A stretch of DNA of 64,000 bases from NCBI RefSeq assembly GCF_001194135.2, contig NC_068986.1, positions 38,400,605-38,464,604 on the forward strand. The letters are read 5' to 3'. The notes under the pieces are model-generated. The model was not told where the DNA came from. It saw only the letters and a program-made list of their open reading frames with translations, and did no database searches. Shown here piece by piece: positions 50,605 to 63,169 of this stretch. The DNA comes from Octopus bimaculoides. Lineage: Eukaryota. Within the stretch, counting starts at the first letter, position 1. The number at the start of each line of letters is the position of its first letter. A program made the position numbers and the translations under genes.

Positions 50605-52042
50605 GCCTGGTGTAGCCATCTGGTTTCACCAGTCCTCAGTCAAATCGACCAACCCATGCTAGCATGGAAAGCGGATGTTAAACGACGATGATGATGATGA
50701 TGATATATATAAGTAGAAGTAAAAGGAGTTAATAAGTCTAAACAGATAGCCATAAAGCAGTGTTAAATGAATTTGGTTAGGAATATCCAACAATCAGATA
50801 ACAATAAATGCAAGTAAAATAAACTTCCAAGGCAATTCTTCATGTCTGACAAGTAAATCCAGATATCATTTAAGAGAATTTCAAGAAATTCACTAAATGA
50901 GAAGACATTTCATTTTATCTATTTCTTATCTGATTTCTTGACACCCATTGACAGCCATTGAAGGTTTGATGGTTCAAATTGTTAAGAGCCTGCATTTTGG
51001 CAATTAACTCTAGGACTGTACTGTTATCTTTTTAATTTACACAAAACTTTAGCCTACTATTTTGTAGCAATCCTTTATGAAGTAAAACTAAATAAACCAG
51101 TGACATTTTCCCATAAACTCCCATTGACGTAAATATGACCTTTGCATTTCTCTTCAATACTATGCTGAAACTTTTTCCCGTTTTTAACTTTCTATCTAAA
51201 TGATTGCAAAATCTATTCAATAAAACATAGCTTTGCCCTTTCTCTTATAAAATCCACTCAATAGTGATAATTTTTTTCTTTTAGCTTCGTAAATGATTAC
51301 AGTGAAATAGTATGTTAAAATGTGTGTAAATTGAAAGGAAAACAAGAGACATAGAGACGCCAAATGCAATTATCTGTCTGTATGTTATGTATGTATGTAT
51401 GTATGTATGTATGTNNNNNNNNNNCACACACACACACATACATACAAATAAACATACATACATGCATACATACATGCATACATACATACATACATACATA
51501 CATACATACAGACAGACATACAGACATACATACATACATATAGGTGGAGGTGTGGTTGTATCGTAAGAGACTTGCTTCCCAACCACATGGTTCAGGGTTC
51601 AGTCCCACTGTGTGACACCTTGAGCAAGTGTCTTCTACTATAGCCTCAAGCCAACCGAAGACTTGGAAGTGGATTTGGAAAATGGAAACTGAAAGAAGCC
51701 TGTCATATGTATAAAAAAAACGCTTGAGGCACAGGCATTGCTTGATTTTTTTAATATCTCCATTGACATCTCTATTACGTGTCATATATTATGGTTAGTC
51801 ACATCTGAAAAAAGCAAAACACTCAATGAAAAAAATCTATGGTGGAATGAAGACATGTGTCAAAGTGGGTGGTAATCTATGTGAACACTGACTGCAAGAC
51901 ATGTCCACTTTGTCACATCTGCACAAAAAACTTAGTAGGTCTCAAGCAGGTCTGAAAAGCTGCATCTGTGCTGTTCATGTTTAAAAGAACAATCAAGTAA
52001 TGGCATTGCTCAATATTGAGTTGTAGCCATCATGTATGTACA

Positions 52043-52073
<31 letters not shown>

Positions 52074-52084
52074 ATGAGTGTGCA

Positions 52085-52457
52085 GTATGTATGTATATAT
52101 GTATGTATGTATGTATGTATGTGTCTCTTTCTGTATTTAATCATTTAAATTCTTCTTCTGAAAGAAGGGGCTGGCTTCTAACAAAGATACAAAACCCTAT
52201 CTTTGGAATGTAGATAAAGTAAAACAATGTTACATTTTAAACATGAGAAAAGTCTTGCAGAGTTTTACTGTTCTGTTTACAGATTGTAAAAGTAATGTGC
52301 AAGTTAGTTGGTTGATTGATTTTTTGGAAAATCCAGACTTATCCAGACAGTTAGGCATTTACATACAAAGCCAAGTGCTCCAACCATTATTGGTATAAAT
52401 GTAAATCTATAATCTGGATATAGAAGCTGGAGATCTCGAAGTAGTTGCCCATAATTA
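52085..52457 (-). mobile_element. RLE-type LINE 3' end with (ACAT)n tail
   Basis: YGQLLRDLQLLYPDYRFTFIPIMVGALGFV...CKTFLMFKM*, then 3' UTR; (ATGT)n on both flanks. Confidence 0.85.
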
Positions 52458-52602
52458 TGTATGTATGTATGTATGTATGTATGTATGCATGTATGTATAT
52501 GTAGTATGTATGCATGGATACACAGATGCATGAATGCACATATATATGTATGTTAAATCTTCTAGTTATTTAAGTAATGTGTTCATGGATAGTTAATAAG
52601 TT

Positions 52603-52658
52603 TGATGTAGTGCTGATGAAAGAGCAACAATTCTTGAAATATACATATACACCCATCA
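52603..52658 (+). ncRNA. Type I hammerhead ribozyme, core intact
   Basis: Stem I tgatg..gtg / cac..catca; CTGATGA 52613-52619; helix II aagag-caacaa-ttctt; GAAA 52636-52639; stem III atat-ac-atat; AUA triplet; predicted cut after 52649. Confidence 0.8.
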
Positions 52659-53008
52659 CCTACTTTTCCTATCTTTGATTGCATTGTTTACATTAAGGTA
52701 TTCATTTATGAAACATCATAACTTGCAGTACTGGCTATGAATTCTATGGATAATTTATAGAGATAAACTTAGAAGTAAGAATATTGCACTGCTAACACCT
52801 GGTAAGACACAATATTGATTTTTAAATCTGTAATTTACTTGATAGTATATTATGGTTGCAAAACAAAATACTGCTTCTATGCCAGTAATTAATATGTATG
52901 TACCAGGTGCCAGGAATACATTTAATATGCAAATTTGTCTGTCAAACTGTGTTACATGACTAAATCTTGAGGGCATTTAAGCAATGTGTTCATGGATAGT
53001 TGATGGGT

Positions 53009-53065
53009 TGATGTGGTACTGATGAAAGGCAATAACTCTTGAAATATGCATATACACACACTACC
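53009..53065 (+). ncRNA. Type I hammerhead ribozyme, second copy
   Basis: CTGATGA 53019-53025; helix II aagg-caataa-ctctt; GAAA 53041-53044; palindromic stem III ATATGCATAT; AUA triplet; predicted cut after 53054; stem I weakened by an A.C mismatch. Confidence 0.75.
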
Positions 53066-53180
53066 TACTTTTTCTTTCTTTGGTTGTATTGTTTACAAGG
53101 GCATATTTGTTTACAAAACACAATAACTTGTAGTACTGGTTCTGAATTCTATAGAAAATCTATAGAGATAAACTTAAAAG

Positions 53181-54950
53181 CATGTATGTATGTATAATTT
53201 TAAACTGCCTCCAGTAGTGGGGCTCTGGTGGAACCACCTTTTTAGCCTCTATTACTCTCAGGTCTACTTTGTCATGGAGTAGTTTCACCTGTCAGATCTC
53301 AAGGTATGGCTTAACTTTCATATATGATGATACTCCATCTGAGCACAGTGTTATAGAAATACTCTTGGTTTGTGTCAGTGTGCTCAGTAAATCCACAGGG
53401 TGTGAGGGACCCCCTAGCTTCATCAGCATCCTTCTAAGAAAAGGACACGCAGATGTAGAATGTACAGTTTCACGTGATTACTGATCATCTCACTTCAGCC
53501 TGTTGCTAAGTACTTATCAAGGAGACTGAGAGATTGGTACTTGTGTTGTACAATTGCTTCTCTTTATAATCCAATGACATACAGATGTCTCTTAGTGGTG
53601 ACCTGATTTGTGATCCCATCAACTGAAAGTACTTCAGTGATAGAAAAGTGGTGATTTGTGCAGACCTAACCAGTTGGAAGCACACAATAAGTTACAACTT
53701 TCATCTGTCACCTATGATTCAAACCATGCAGATCTGTAATGGGACTGAAGAGTCATCTGAGAGGTCATAGATGGAAAGTCAGAAATGCTATTGATGAGGA
53801 AGCCCAAGGAGATGGCAGTCAACTGTGAAGATGAATCAATCACCATGCATGCATGCATGCATGTATGTATGTATGTATGTATGTATGTATGTATGTATGT
53901 ATGTATGTATGTATGTATGTGCAGATTTGTATGTTTTATTTATTTATGTGTTTCAGCCAAGTGGCTGCGGTCATGCTGGTGCACCACCGTGAGACTTTTT
54001 TTCATGCATATAGTTGCATATCTAGACATGCTCATATATAATTAAATGATAAACTTCTGGAAAGTTTTATAGATTTTTGCAGTTCCAGTGATGAATTGGA
54101 ACTGTAGTCTTCAAATGAACTTTCTCCTTTCTGATTTTGAGAAGCCCAGTTTCTCAAGATTGATATTTAGGCAGTGTGTTACATATCCCAGGGCCCCAAT
54201 AATTACAGGTATAAACATGAACTTGTAATCTGGATAGAGTAACTGCAGATTTCTCAATAGTTCAGCACAGGTGTTCTCTTTTTCACTGATCTTCAGCTTT
54301 ATGCTAACATCCACTGGGCAGCTAATTTCTACAACTGTGCACAGTTTCCCTTCTCAATCCAAAATCATTATATTAGACCTGTTGTGCTTACATTTTATTC
54401 TGGTCTCTCGCTGAGACATTTCACCAGTACTCCTTTTCATTATAAGTGACTATGGCTTCTACCACACTGTGAGTTCTTTTATTTCTTTGTCCTCGGGGTT
54501 ATCTTTCCAATGGATTTCATTATAGTGTCCTAGCTACAACAACATGTTTCATCAGTAGATAATACCGTGATGTCATTTTTGGACAATGGCTTATGATGTG
54601 GGTGATATCTTCAGTGTGAATTCCACAAAATCTGCATCAGTTGTCACATTTTACTGCTTTTCCCACATCTCTATCCCTTTTGTGCATCAGGTACTTGGTT
54701 GATATTTCCTGTTCCTAGATTGCAAACACATACTCAAAGTGGGAGGTAGTAATCTGACTATTAGTCCATGATAGACTTCTGTCTTCCTTAGATCCTGAAC
54801 TCCTGGTGGAATTGTGGAGGTGTTATTGTGAATGGTACATCTTTGGTATCTCAAACCTGGCAAAGCCCATTCCTCTTCAGTTTGGATGGCATCCATTTTA
54901 AAGTTGTTTGATTCTAATCTTCTGTGAAAAATAACATGCCTGGCCATATG
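53181..54950 (-). mobile_element. RLE-type (R4/Dong-like) LINE: CCHC knuckle, restriction-like endonuclease and probable long 3' UTR
   Basis: EQEISTKYLMHKRDRDV...CRFCGIHTEDITHIISHCPKM (CCHC)...KCKHNRSNI...VVEISCPVDVSIKLKISEKENTCAELLRNLQLLYPDYKF. Assigning 53194-53845 to the 3' UTR is inferred from its (ACAT)n end. Confidence 0.85.
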
Positions 54951-56349
54951 GAAATATCACCTTGCTTAGAAACAGCTGAGGATTGGTGGCATGAAGGGTA
55001 TCTGGCTGTAGAAAATCTGCTTCAATAACTTCCTTTTGAGCCATGCAAGCGTAGAAAAGTATGGGTGTTAAAACAACGACAATGACAACAATTATGAGGA
55101 AGAGAAGGTAGGAGGAGGAGTAGCAGAAGGAAGAGGAGAAGGATATCCAAATGCATGCACAAATGGCTGTCTTTTAAGCTATCACATACAATAATATTAA
55201 ATCTTTTGTACGTTTTAAATGTGTGCGTATGCGTATGTACATGTGTGTACGTGTGTGTGCATGCGTGTTTATATGTGATTACTCACTCTTGGTAAGCTAC
55301 TTAGCTTTTGATATTACTTATCCGTCCATGAAAAATGACGACAACAACTTTGCCCCAGTTTGCTAAATAGATATCTGTCACATAAACTCTTTATATCTAT
55401 ATTTAATGGATTTGATGACTGATGCGACCAAGTGGACAGTATAAAATCCATGAATGCTTGAAAAGTAAAACCACGTGAAGTATTAGAATAAAGACAAAGG
55501 TGATAGATTGGTTGAGAGAAGTGATATTTACTTGTATCGCTTTATGCTTTGAGTTCAATTCCTGACAGGGTCATCTTTCCTTTTTGTCCTGTCCAGTCTT
55601 GATAGATTAAAGTACCAGTCATGTACTGGGATCAATGAAGGAGACTATTATATTCAGTGCCACTTTAATGGGTAGTCTACCACACATTAGAGTGTGGTCT
55701 GCCTGCACATTTATACTTCTGTGTGTAAAAATCAGTTATCATACTGGAAGACATTCCTATTAGAATTGCTGCTGTATTCATTAGTATTCCAATTGTAAAA
55801 AGATGACATTAGTTTTAAAATTACACAAATTCAGATTGCAGTATAATTTGTTACTGATCTCTGTACAATGACAAAATGGGTTTGGCTCCTATTTCAAGGG
55901 AACAAAGTACAGGATCATGTTCCCAGTCTCTGTCACATTTTAACACTTTCGATACCAACCCAGCTGAAACTGTCTCTGGCTCTTTAGTACAAGTGTTTTG
56001 TTTCAATAAGTTTTGAATTAAAATCTTCCACCAAACTTTAGTCACAATTTATGTTCCTAACACTAGCTTAATGAGAACTAATGATTTAAAATTAATTGAA
56101 AGAAACACAGAGCATCTCAAAATAAATAGTTATGAAAGGGTTAATATTTCTTGCATGACACTACCACATCAATGGCAAGAGTCTGCGTCTTGTAATGTGT
56201 TCAGAAGAATGCATTTCTGTAAAAAATGCAATTTCTGTTTCCTCTGTTCTAATGATGTCAATAGAAATCTTTAAATTGCATTCAAGAGGGTAAAATGTGT
56301 TATACTGTTGTTATTAGCTTCAATTTGAAGAGGATACTGATTCTTTTAT

Positions 56350-56558
56350 TCTTTTATTCTTTTGCTTGTTTCAGTCATTTGACTGTGGCCATGCTGGAGC
56401 ACCGCCTTAAAGGGTTTTAGTTGAAGAAATCGCCCCCAGGACTTATTCTTTGTGAGCCTAGTACTTATTCTATCAGTCTCTTTTACTGAATTACTAAGTT
56501 ACGGAGACATAAACACACCAACATCAGTTGTCAAGCGATGCCAGGTGGTGGGGGAGAC

Positions 56559-56602
<44 letters not shown>

Positions 56603-56755
56603 CGAGCGCCTTTCAGTTTCTGTCTACCAAATCCACTTACAAGGCTTTGGTAAGCTCAAGTCCATAGTAGAAGACACTTGGCCAAGGTGTCATGAAGTGG
56701 AGCTGAACCTGGAACCATGTGGTTGGGAAGCAAGCTTCTTACCACACAGCCTGCA
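56350..56755 (-). mobile_element. SINE family B
   Basis: Full head, (CA)n core and tail. Confidence 0.85.
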
Positions 56756-56782
56756 CCTATGTGGATATTTTTTTATATAGAC

Positions 56783-57043
56783 CAGTGGTTCTCAACCATT
56801 TTTTGCCTATAGATCCTTTTGATTCCTACTTTACTCAGATGGATCCTCCTAGCCATTTGATGATGTTTTAAAAAATCCTATTATATTTTTGTGATTAAAT
56901 ATTATTAGGAACTGCATTAAAAAAAAGATGTTACAATATTTTGTGTTTTGTAGAAGGATAACCAGTTTATTGCACATAAATTTTAGCAACAAAATCTTAT
57001 GTTGACCCCGAAATATCATATGGATCCCAACTGAGAATCACTG
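56783..57043 (-). mobile_element. hAT-like MITE, same family as 6001-6262
   Basis: TIR cagtggttctcaac / ctgagaatcactg; perfect 8-bp TSD atatagac (56775-56782 and 57044-57051). Confidence 0.9.
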
Positions 57044-57309
57044 ATATAGACCAGTCAGTAGCACTTGGATGAAAATGGTAAATAAAAAGAAAGAAAAGAA
57101 AAGATAACCTAAGCACAGTCAAGAAAGCTCAGGTAAAAAGGGTGAAAAAAAGGTAAGCACAGATAATAATTTCATTCTATGAAAGCTCACAAAACTAACT
57201 GAGGTCTCAGTAGACCAATCATGTCATTTCACAGTGTAGGCTACAAATGCTGTGGTAGACAGCATGCTAAAGTAGCACCCTTCTCGAGTGCTCCCTTCCC
57301 ACTATAGGC

Positions 57310-57890
57310 ATCATCATGATCATGATCATGATCATAATTACAATCGCCATCGTCGTCATCATCATCACCATCATCATCAGCATCACTAGCTTCCTTGTCA
57401 CGATGTATTACTGTTTATTTAACTCTTGGTCATTTCTGATCAAATCAAAAGCTATTGCATTGTTTTCCAAACACATTACCTCTAGGATGATCCCATTATT
57501 TAATGTTTTTAATGTTTCTTTCCATTGTTAAGATGGTAAGATGTTGTTTGAAAGATATTTAACTGATACTTCTAGCCTCTTGAGTAATAAAATAGACACA
57601 CCCATCTGTGTGCATGTGCTTGTGTGTGTGAATAAACATAAATGTTTTGTATGTCTGTATGCTTACGTGATGACAATAATGAGGATCATTGTCGTCATCA
57701 TCGTCATCATCGTCGTCATCATCATCATCACCACCACAACCACTGTCAACAACACCACCACCATCATCATCATCACCACTATCACTGCCATTATAAGCGT
57801 TATCATCATCATCTGCATCACTATCACCACTTTCACCAACACCACCACCACCACCACCACCACCATTCTCATCATCATTAACTAATTGAC
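57310..57890. repeat. Imperfect (CAT)n/(CAC)n trinucleotide tracts
   Basis: Visible directly; source of the His/Thr/Ile-rich spurious ORFs. Confidence 0.85.
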
Positions 57891-58014
57891 TGAGTAGCTG
57901 TGTTTTTGGTTTTATTTTTTGAAATGGTGTCATGAGCCTTTCAATTCACTGCTTATTGGTGAGCAGATATATATATATACATACATACATTATACACACA
58001 CACACACACACACA

Positions 58015-59060
58015 CACAAGGTGCAGTTAATAAATTGTCGTCTAAATTACACAAGAATAAAAATAACACTGACATTTCATTTTAACAGATATATTTACCA
58101 AAATTACATAAAAAATATTTTGAAATACTAAAGAGTAAATATATTCAATAAAATAGCCATTGGCTTCAACCACGGCCTCCAGATGACGTTGGAATTTCCT
58201 GACGCTCTTCTGGATGGGCTCCTTGTTTAAGTTGGTGAATACTGCCATAATCCTTGCCTTCAGTTCATCCTTGGTGTTACAAGGAGTTTTGTTGGTTTCT
58301 CACTCAACTGCACCCCACACATAATAATCAAGGGGGTTGCAATCTGAAGAGTTAGGTGGCCAGACGTTAGGGGTGATGTGGTCACAGAAATTGTCTGACA
58401 GCCATTACAGGGTTCTCCTGCTTGTGTGGTATGGTGCAGAGTCCTGTTGCCAGACATAGGGTCTTCCAGCAGCCACACTCTTGACCCAGGGCAGCACTAC
58501 CTCCTCCAAACACTTGATGCAGGTCTCTATGTTGAATCTGAAGTCATATGGGAAAATGAATGGGGCATAACATCGCCATCACTAGTGACCACTCCAAACA
58601 CCATGATGTTGACTGGATGTTTGATTTTTATCATTTTTGGTACATGTTTTAGAGACATGGCAAGCCAACGGTTGTTCTGTGTATTCACCCTCTGATCTTG
58701 GCAGAAATTTTTCTCGTCTGAGAAAAACCAAAGCATGTTTGGTTGGAGGGGATATTTGAGTTTGTTTAAAAGCTTTGTAGCATAGTTTTTCCTTTTGTCC
58801 TTGATGGCTTGAAAAAGAAATTGGCCCTTTCCCATCTTGTATGAGGAATACCGAATGTCTTCATGCACTGCCTGCCTGATAAGAAACTTAGACACTCCCA
58901 TGTCCTTGACAATGGACCTGATTGACTTGGAGAGATCGTTGTCAATCAGAGTGAGTTTTCCAAGCTGCCATTTTTCTCACGGATGGTGCCCAACTGACCC
59001 TACTATACTGTGTAGTCAACAAAATCAAAAACAAACATTGCACATGCTTGAAATTAAAAA
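58015..59060 (-). mobile_element. DD37D (maT-like) transposon, family 2, with internal deletion and stops
   Basis: WFFSDEKNF...HPVNIMVFGVVTSDG...WQQD-SAPYHTSRRTL*WLSDNFCDHITPNVWPPNSSDCNPL-D (37 residues between the 2nd and 3rd D)...EAVVEANGYFIE. Confidence 0.9.
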
Positions 59061-59062
59061 TA

Positions 59063-59099
<37 letters not shown>

Positions 59100-59790
59100 T
59101 CACCCTTATTCATTCATTCCATTCTTCATTCTTTTGTTCCCCCTCGCTCACATTTCCTTGCCTTCTTTTCATGCTCACTTTCCCTCCACTTTTCACTTCA
59201 CTGTGTCCCTGTCATTTTTTCGCCCCTCCTTAATTCTTTTGTCCCTCTGCCTCTACCTCTCTCTCTTCTCTTCCCACATGACCGGCGTTCGGCCAAGCCT
59301 GATCTTTCTTTCTTGGCCGGCCATTGTGCGTGCAACATCGATATTCCACCCTGTGCCTGTGAAATCTTGTATCCATGCCGTAAGGCTTTATTTCCACACA
59401 CGCCAGCTTAATTTGATTTGTCCTTAGTCAAAAAACATCTGTTGTTATGTCCTGTTATTATTTTTATTTTTATTGTATTTGTGTAGCATTGTTCGTTTTT
59501 TTTCCCGTCTTTGTAGAAGTTCCAGGGTTTAGTGAAATGTATTTGGATCACATAGATAAATTAAGAAATGGAGTTAAACACAGGTGTTATTCAAATCTTT
59601 ATACTTCTGACATATGCTTTAAAGAAAACATTGGTATTATTCCCGAGGGAATGATATTATGTAAAGCAATGTAATCATCTCGTCAAGGAAAAAAGAGAAA
59701 TAAAACACATCAATAAACCATTTTAACCAAATGTAATTACTGCATATATGATGAAGGGAACGCTGGTAAGCTATTTGTTAAAAAACAGTT

Positions 59791-60058
59791 AATAGATTTA
59801 ACATCAAAGGCAATTTAGAGAAAGAGAAGGAAGAGAAAGAAAGAAATTAACAGAAAATTAGGAGTGGTGATATATAGTGTGATAGGTGAGTGGAAATAAA
59901 GCTTATAGGCATGTGAAAATATAGATATATAAATATACACACGCCTTTGAGCTTTATTTCCACTCATCTATCGCACTATATTTCACCACTCCTAATTTTC
60001 TGTTAATTTCTTTCTCCTCCTTCTCTTTCTTTAAAATGCCTTTGACATTAAATCGATT
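59791..60058. repeat. Foldback with ~118-bp inverted arms and a 32-bp spacer
   Basis: 59791-59910 is the reverse complement of 59943-60058 (agaaattaacagaaaattaggagtggtga / tcaccactcctaattttctgttaatttct). Confidence 0.9.
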
Positions 60059-60221
60059 GGAAACTATGTAGCAACTCATCAAATGGTTTGTACCTGTCAT
60101 AGACAGGTCCAGCTTTGTCACAATATGTTATGCTTAGGCTACCTGAGAATTATGTTAAAGGTACATATGTCTTTGGAATACTCAGCCACTTATAGACTAA
60201 TTCAGTAATGAGGCAGGTAGT

Positions 60222-60790
60222 CTTTTATTCTTTTGCTTGTTTCAGTTATTAGATTGCAGCCATGCTGGAGCACATCCTTGAAGAATTTCAGTCAAGCAAA
60301 TCGACATCAGTACTTATTTTTTGTATTTTTTTAAAGTCTTGTATTTACTTTATTAGTCTCTTTTGCCAAACTGCTAAGTTATAGGCATGTAAACACACCA
60401 ACACTGGCTGTCAAGTAGTGGTGGAGTGACAAACACAGGCACAAAGATGCACACACATGCACATACACACACGCACACACACACATACACACACACACAC
60501 ACAAATACACCTACACACACACACACAAATACACCTACACACACACACANNNNNNNNNNTGGTGTTGCCATCCGGTTTCACCAGTCCTCAGTCAAATCGT
60601 CCAACCCATGCTAGCATGGAAAGCGGACGTTAAACGATGATGATGATGATGATGATGATATATATATATGACAGGTTTCTTTCAGTTTCCAGTTTCCATT
60701 TACCTATCCACTCACAACCTTTTGATTGGCTCTTGGCTATAGTAAAAGACACTTGTCCAAGGAGCCTTGTACTGGGATTGAACCCATGAC
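60222..60790 (-). mobile_element. SINE family B with an RTE tail (60560-60660, plus strand) nested in its microsatellite core
   Basis: 3' half, (CA)n, gap, RTE tail, (TA)n, then 5' half. Confidence 0.75.
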
Positions 60791-61523
60791 CATGAAGTCG
60801 AGAAGCAAACTTCTTAACATTCAGACATACCTTTTTTATATACAATTTTGTCCACTGTAGCATAAGGGACTACAAAGAAGAAAAAGAAGGGGCCTACAAA
60901 TTCAAAAAAATGTCAATTGACAGAAAGCTTAAAGAACTAAAAATTATGGTGAAACTCTGACCAAGATCCATATCTTCCCATCTTAAAAAGGAAGGACATA
61001 TTTAGTATTGTTAACAGGTATGTACCATCCCTGAAAATAAGACAGGTCGGATGGTCACAACTCAAATGTCTTTGATTAAGGTTCACTTATCCAAAGCTAA
61101 ACTAAGTCTAATCATCATCATCATCATCATCATCAACAACAACAACAACAATAACAAGAAGTAAATTCTTTACTGGCCAGTGAGGAAGTTTTTTATAAAC
61201 ACACTAAACCTGCTAGAAATGGCAGCCACATATTCCTTCATATCAAACTGCCATCATCTTAAACAGAGAACAAAAACAAAACAAATTAGACAATGTAGTC
61301 TTTGTTGCAGATTACCTGAAAAGATAATCAATGGGCTGCTCATGGTTGGAATGCTTTTGATCATATGTCTGTTCTATTAGAGCTTGCATGCAGTCAAACA
61401 ACAGCTGCAATAACAATAACAACAAATAAACTTTTGTTTTTCAAATAAATTCATTGTTACTTTTCAAAGACAGCCAGTAATATGATTTAACTGAAATACA
61501 TTATAAAATATTTAAACTGTTGC

Positions 61524-61558
<35 letters not shown>

Positions 61559-62059
61559 ATGAATTGTGAATAAATTCATATGCATACCACTTGATAAAAT
61601 ATTCAGTAACTTGAATACATTGATCAGCATTAAAGTAGGCTAATGTGTACTCAGAAATTGCTTTTTATCATACCTTCCAATTTCATGCTAATCTCAGATA
61701 ATATTCTTTCTAGTTTTGGCAAAAGGTCAGCAATTTTGAGAAGAGTGGAGAAGTTGATTTCATCAACCCTAGTATTTGACTGGTACTTTACTTCATTGCC
61801 CCCCTCTCCACAAAAGGATTAAAGGCAAAGTTAACCTCAGCAGAATTTAAACAGTGATCTCAAACAATATTAATCAGGATAATGTTATAGATTCTTTTGT
61901 TTTTGTTTTTTTTTTAATATTTTTTTCACTACCATCAGAGGGTGAAGTGCTCCTCACGACCACAAAGTCATGAGATAGTTGTAATCTGTAAACAGTTATG
62001 AATAGAAACTAATAAGAGAAGTATGAACATGCAATGCACATGTTCATACTGGATTTGTA

Positions 62060-62187
62060 AAATGGAAGAGATGAATAAAAACACAATGTACATGTCAAAA
62101 TAAAATGGAAGAGAAAAATAGAAACGCAATACGCATGTCAAGATAGAATGGAAAAGAAGAATAAAAATGCGATGCGCATGTCAAACA
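62060..62187. repeat. 43-bp minisatellite, 3 units
   Basis: aatggaa.aga..aata.aaa..c.at..catgtcaa three times. Confidence 0.85.
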
Positions 62188-62826
62188 AGTTATATGATGG
62201 TCTTCATGCCAAGTCTGACATCACTATCATGCAGCTTTGCTGCAATTTTCTTGTTTCTGTTGTGTATTGGTTATGGACTGCTTTTATTCTGAGTAATTTC
62301 TGTTTCATTAAAATGTTTTTTTTATCAACATAATTATAATTTACTTTGAAAACATATCTCTGCAAAGTTATAATAAAAATATACACTATTAATAAAGTTA
62401 TGAAGAAACAAAGCACTGGGAGTGTTGGTGGGGGTGAGCCAAACTGTAGTTTCACCAGTATATATTCACCTTCATTATGTAAATAGACCAGTGATATCAG
62501 GATTAAACCACAAGGATCTCTCTATGGAACAAACTAGTCAAGCAGTTCTTGGTTACATCCTGTAGAGAGAGCCATTTAGTTTCACCACAGGGTTTATTTA
62601 TACAGCAAAGCTGAATATGTTTATCAAGCGTACACATTCATGCGTCAGTATGTGGTAAGAAGCTTACTTCCAAACCTCATAGTTTCAGGTTCTATCCCAC
62701 AACATGGTGCCTTGGGTTAGCATCTTCTGCTATACTCCTGATTTGAGCAAAGCCTTGTGAGCGGATATGGTAGACAGAAACTGAAAGAAACCTGTTGTAT
62801 ATATATATATAAGTAATAATTATATA

Positions 62827-62919
62827 GAGTATGGAGACTTGTTTATCCTCAAAATTTGTTTTCTCTTATTTAGCAATTTTGAGAAAATAAATTTTGAGGA
62901 TGAACAAGTCTCCATACTC
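62827..62919. repeat. Hairpin with 39-bp arms and a 15-nt loop
   Basis: gagtatggagacttgtttatcctcaaaatttgttttctc / gagaaaataaattttgaggatgaacaagtctccatactc (2 mismatches). Confidence 0.9.
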
Positions 62920-63125
62920 AATATAATTATTACTAATATATACTCCAGACAACATTACTGTCCAGTGAAGCAAACATGGAATTACCCATCAGAAGAATTC
63001 ACAGAGTGACTAATAACTAATAGTAGTCACAGATGTTAAATACTGATCGACATGGTTAGCCACAAACTGGAACTTAACTATGAGCCACCACAGTATTTGC
63101 TTGGAATAATATATCCCTCCAAACT

Positions 63126-63168
<43 letters not shown>

Positions 63169-63169
63169 G

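Larger units (their letters stand above)
52553..53181 (+). repeat. Tandem direct repeat, period ~405 bp (about 1.55 monomers), each unit carrying a hammerhead motif
   Basis: 52553-52780 aligns to 52960-53181 (ttaag.aatgtgttcatggatagtt...tatagagataaactta.aag). Confidence 0.9.

Noticed and set aside
60860-60950. Plus-strand open segment IRDYKEEKEGAYKFKKMSIDRKLKELKIM after a plausible acceptor
   Set aside because: The donor (GTGAAA) is poor and A-rich DNA readily gives such peptides; left uncalled
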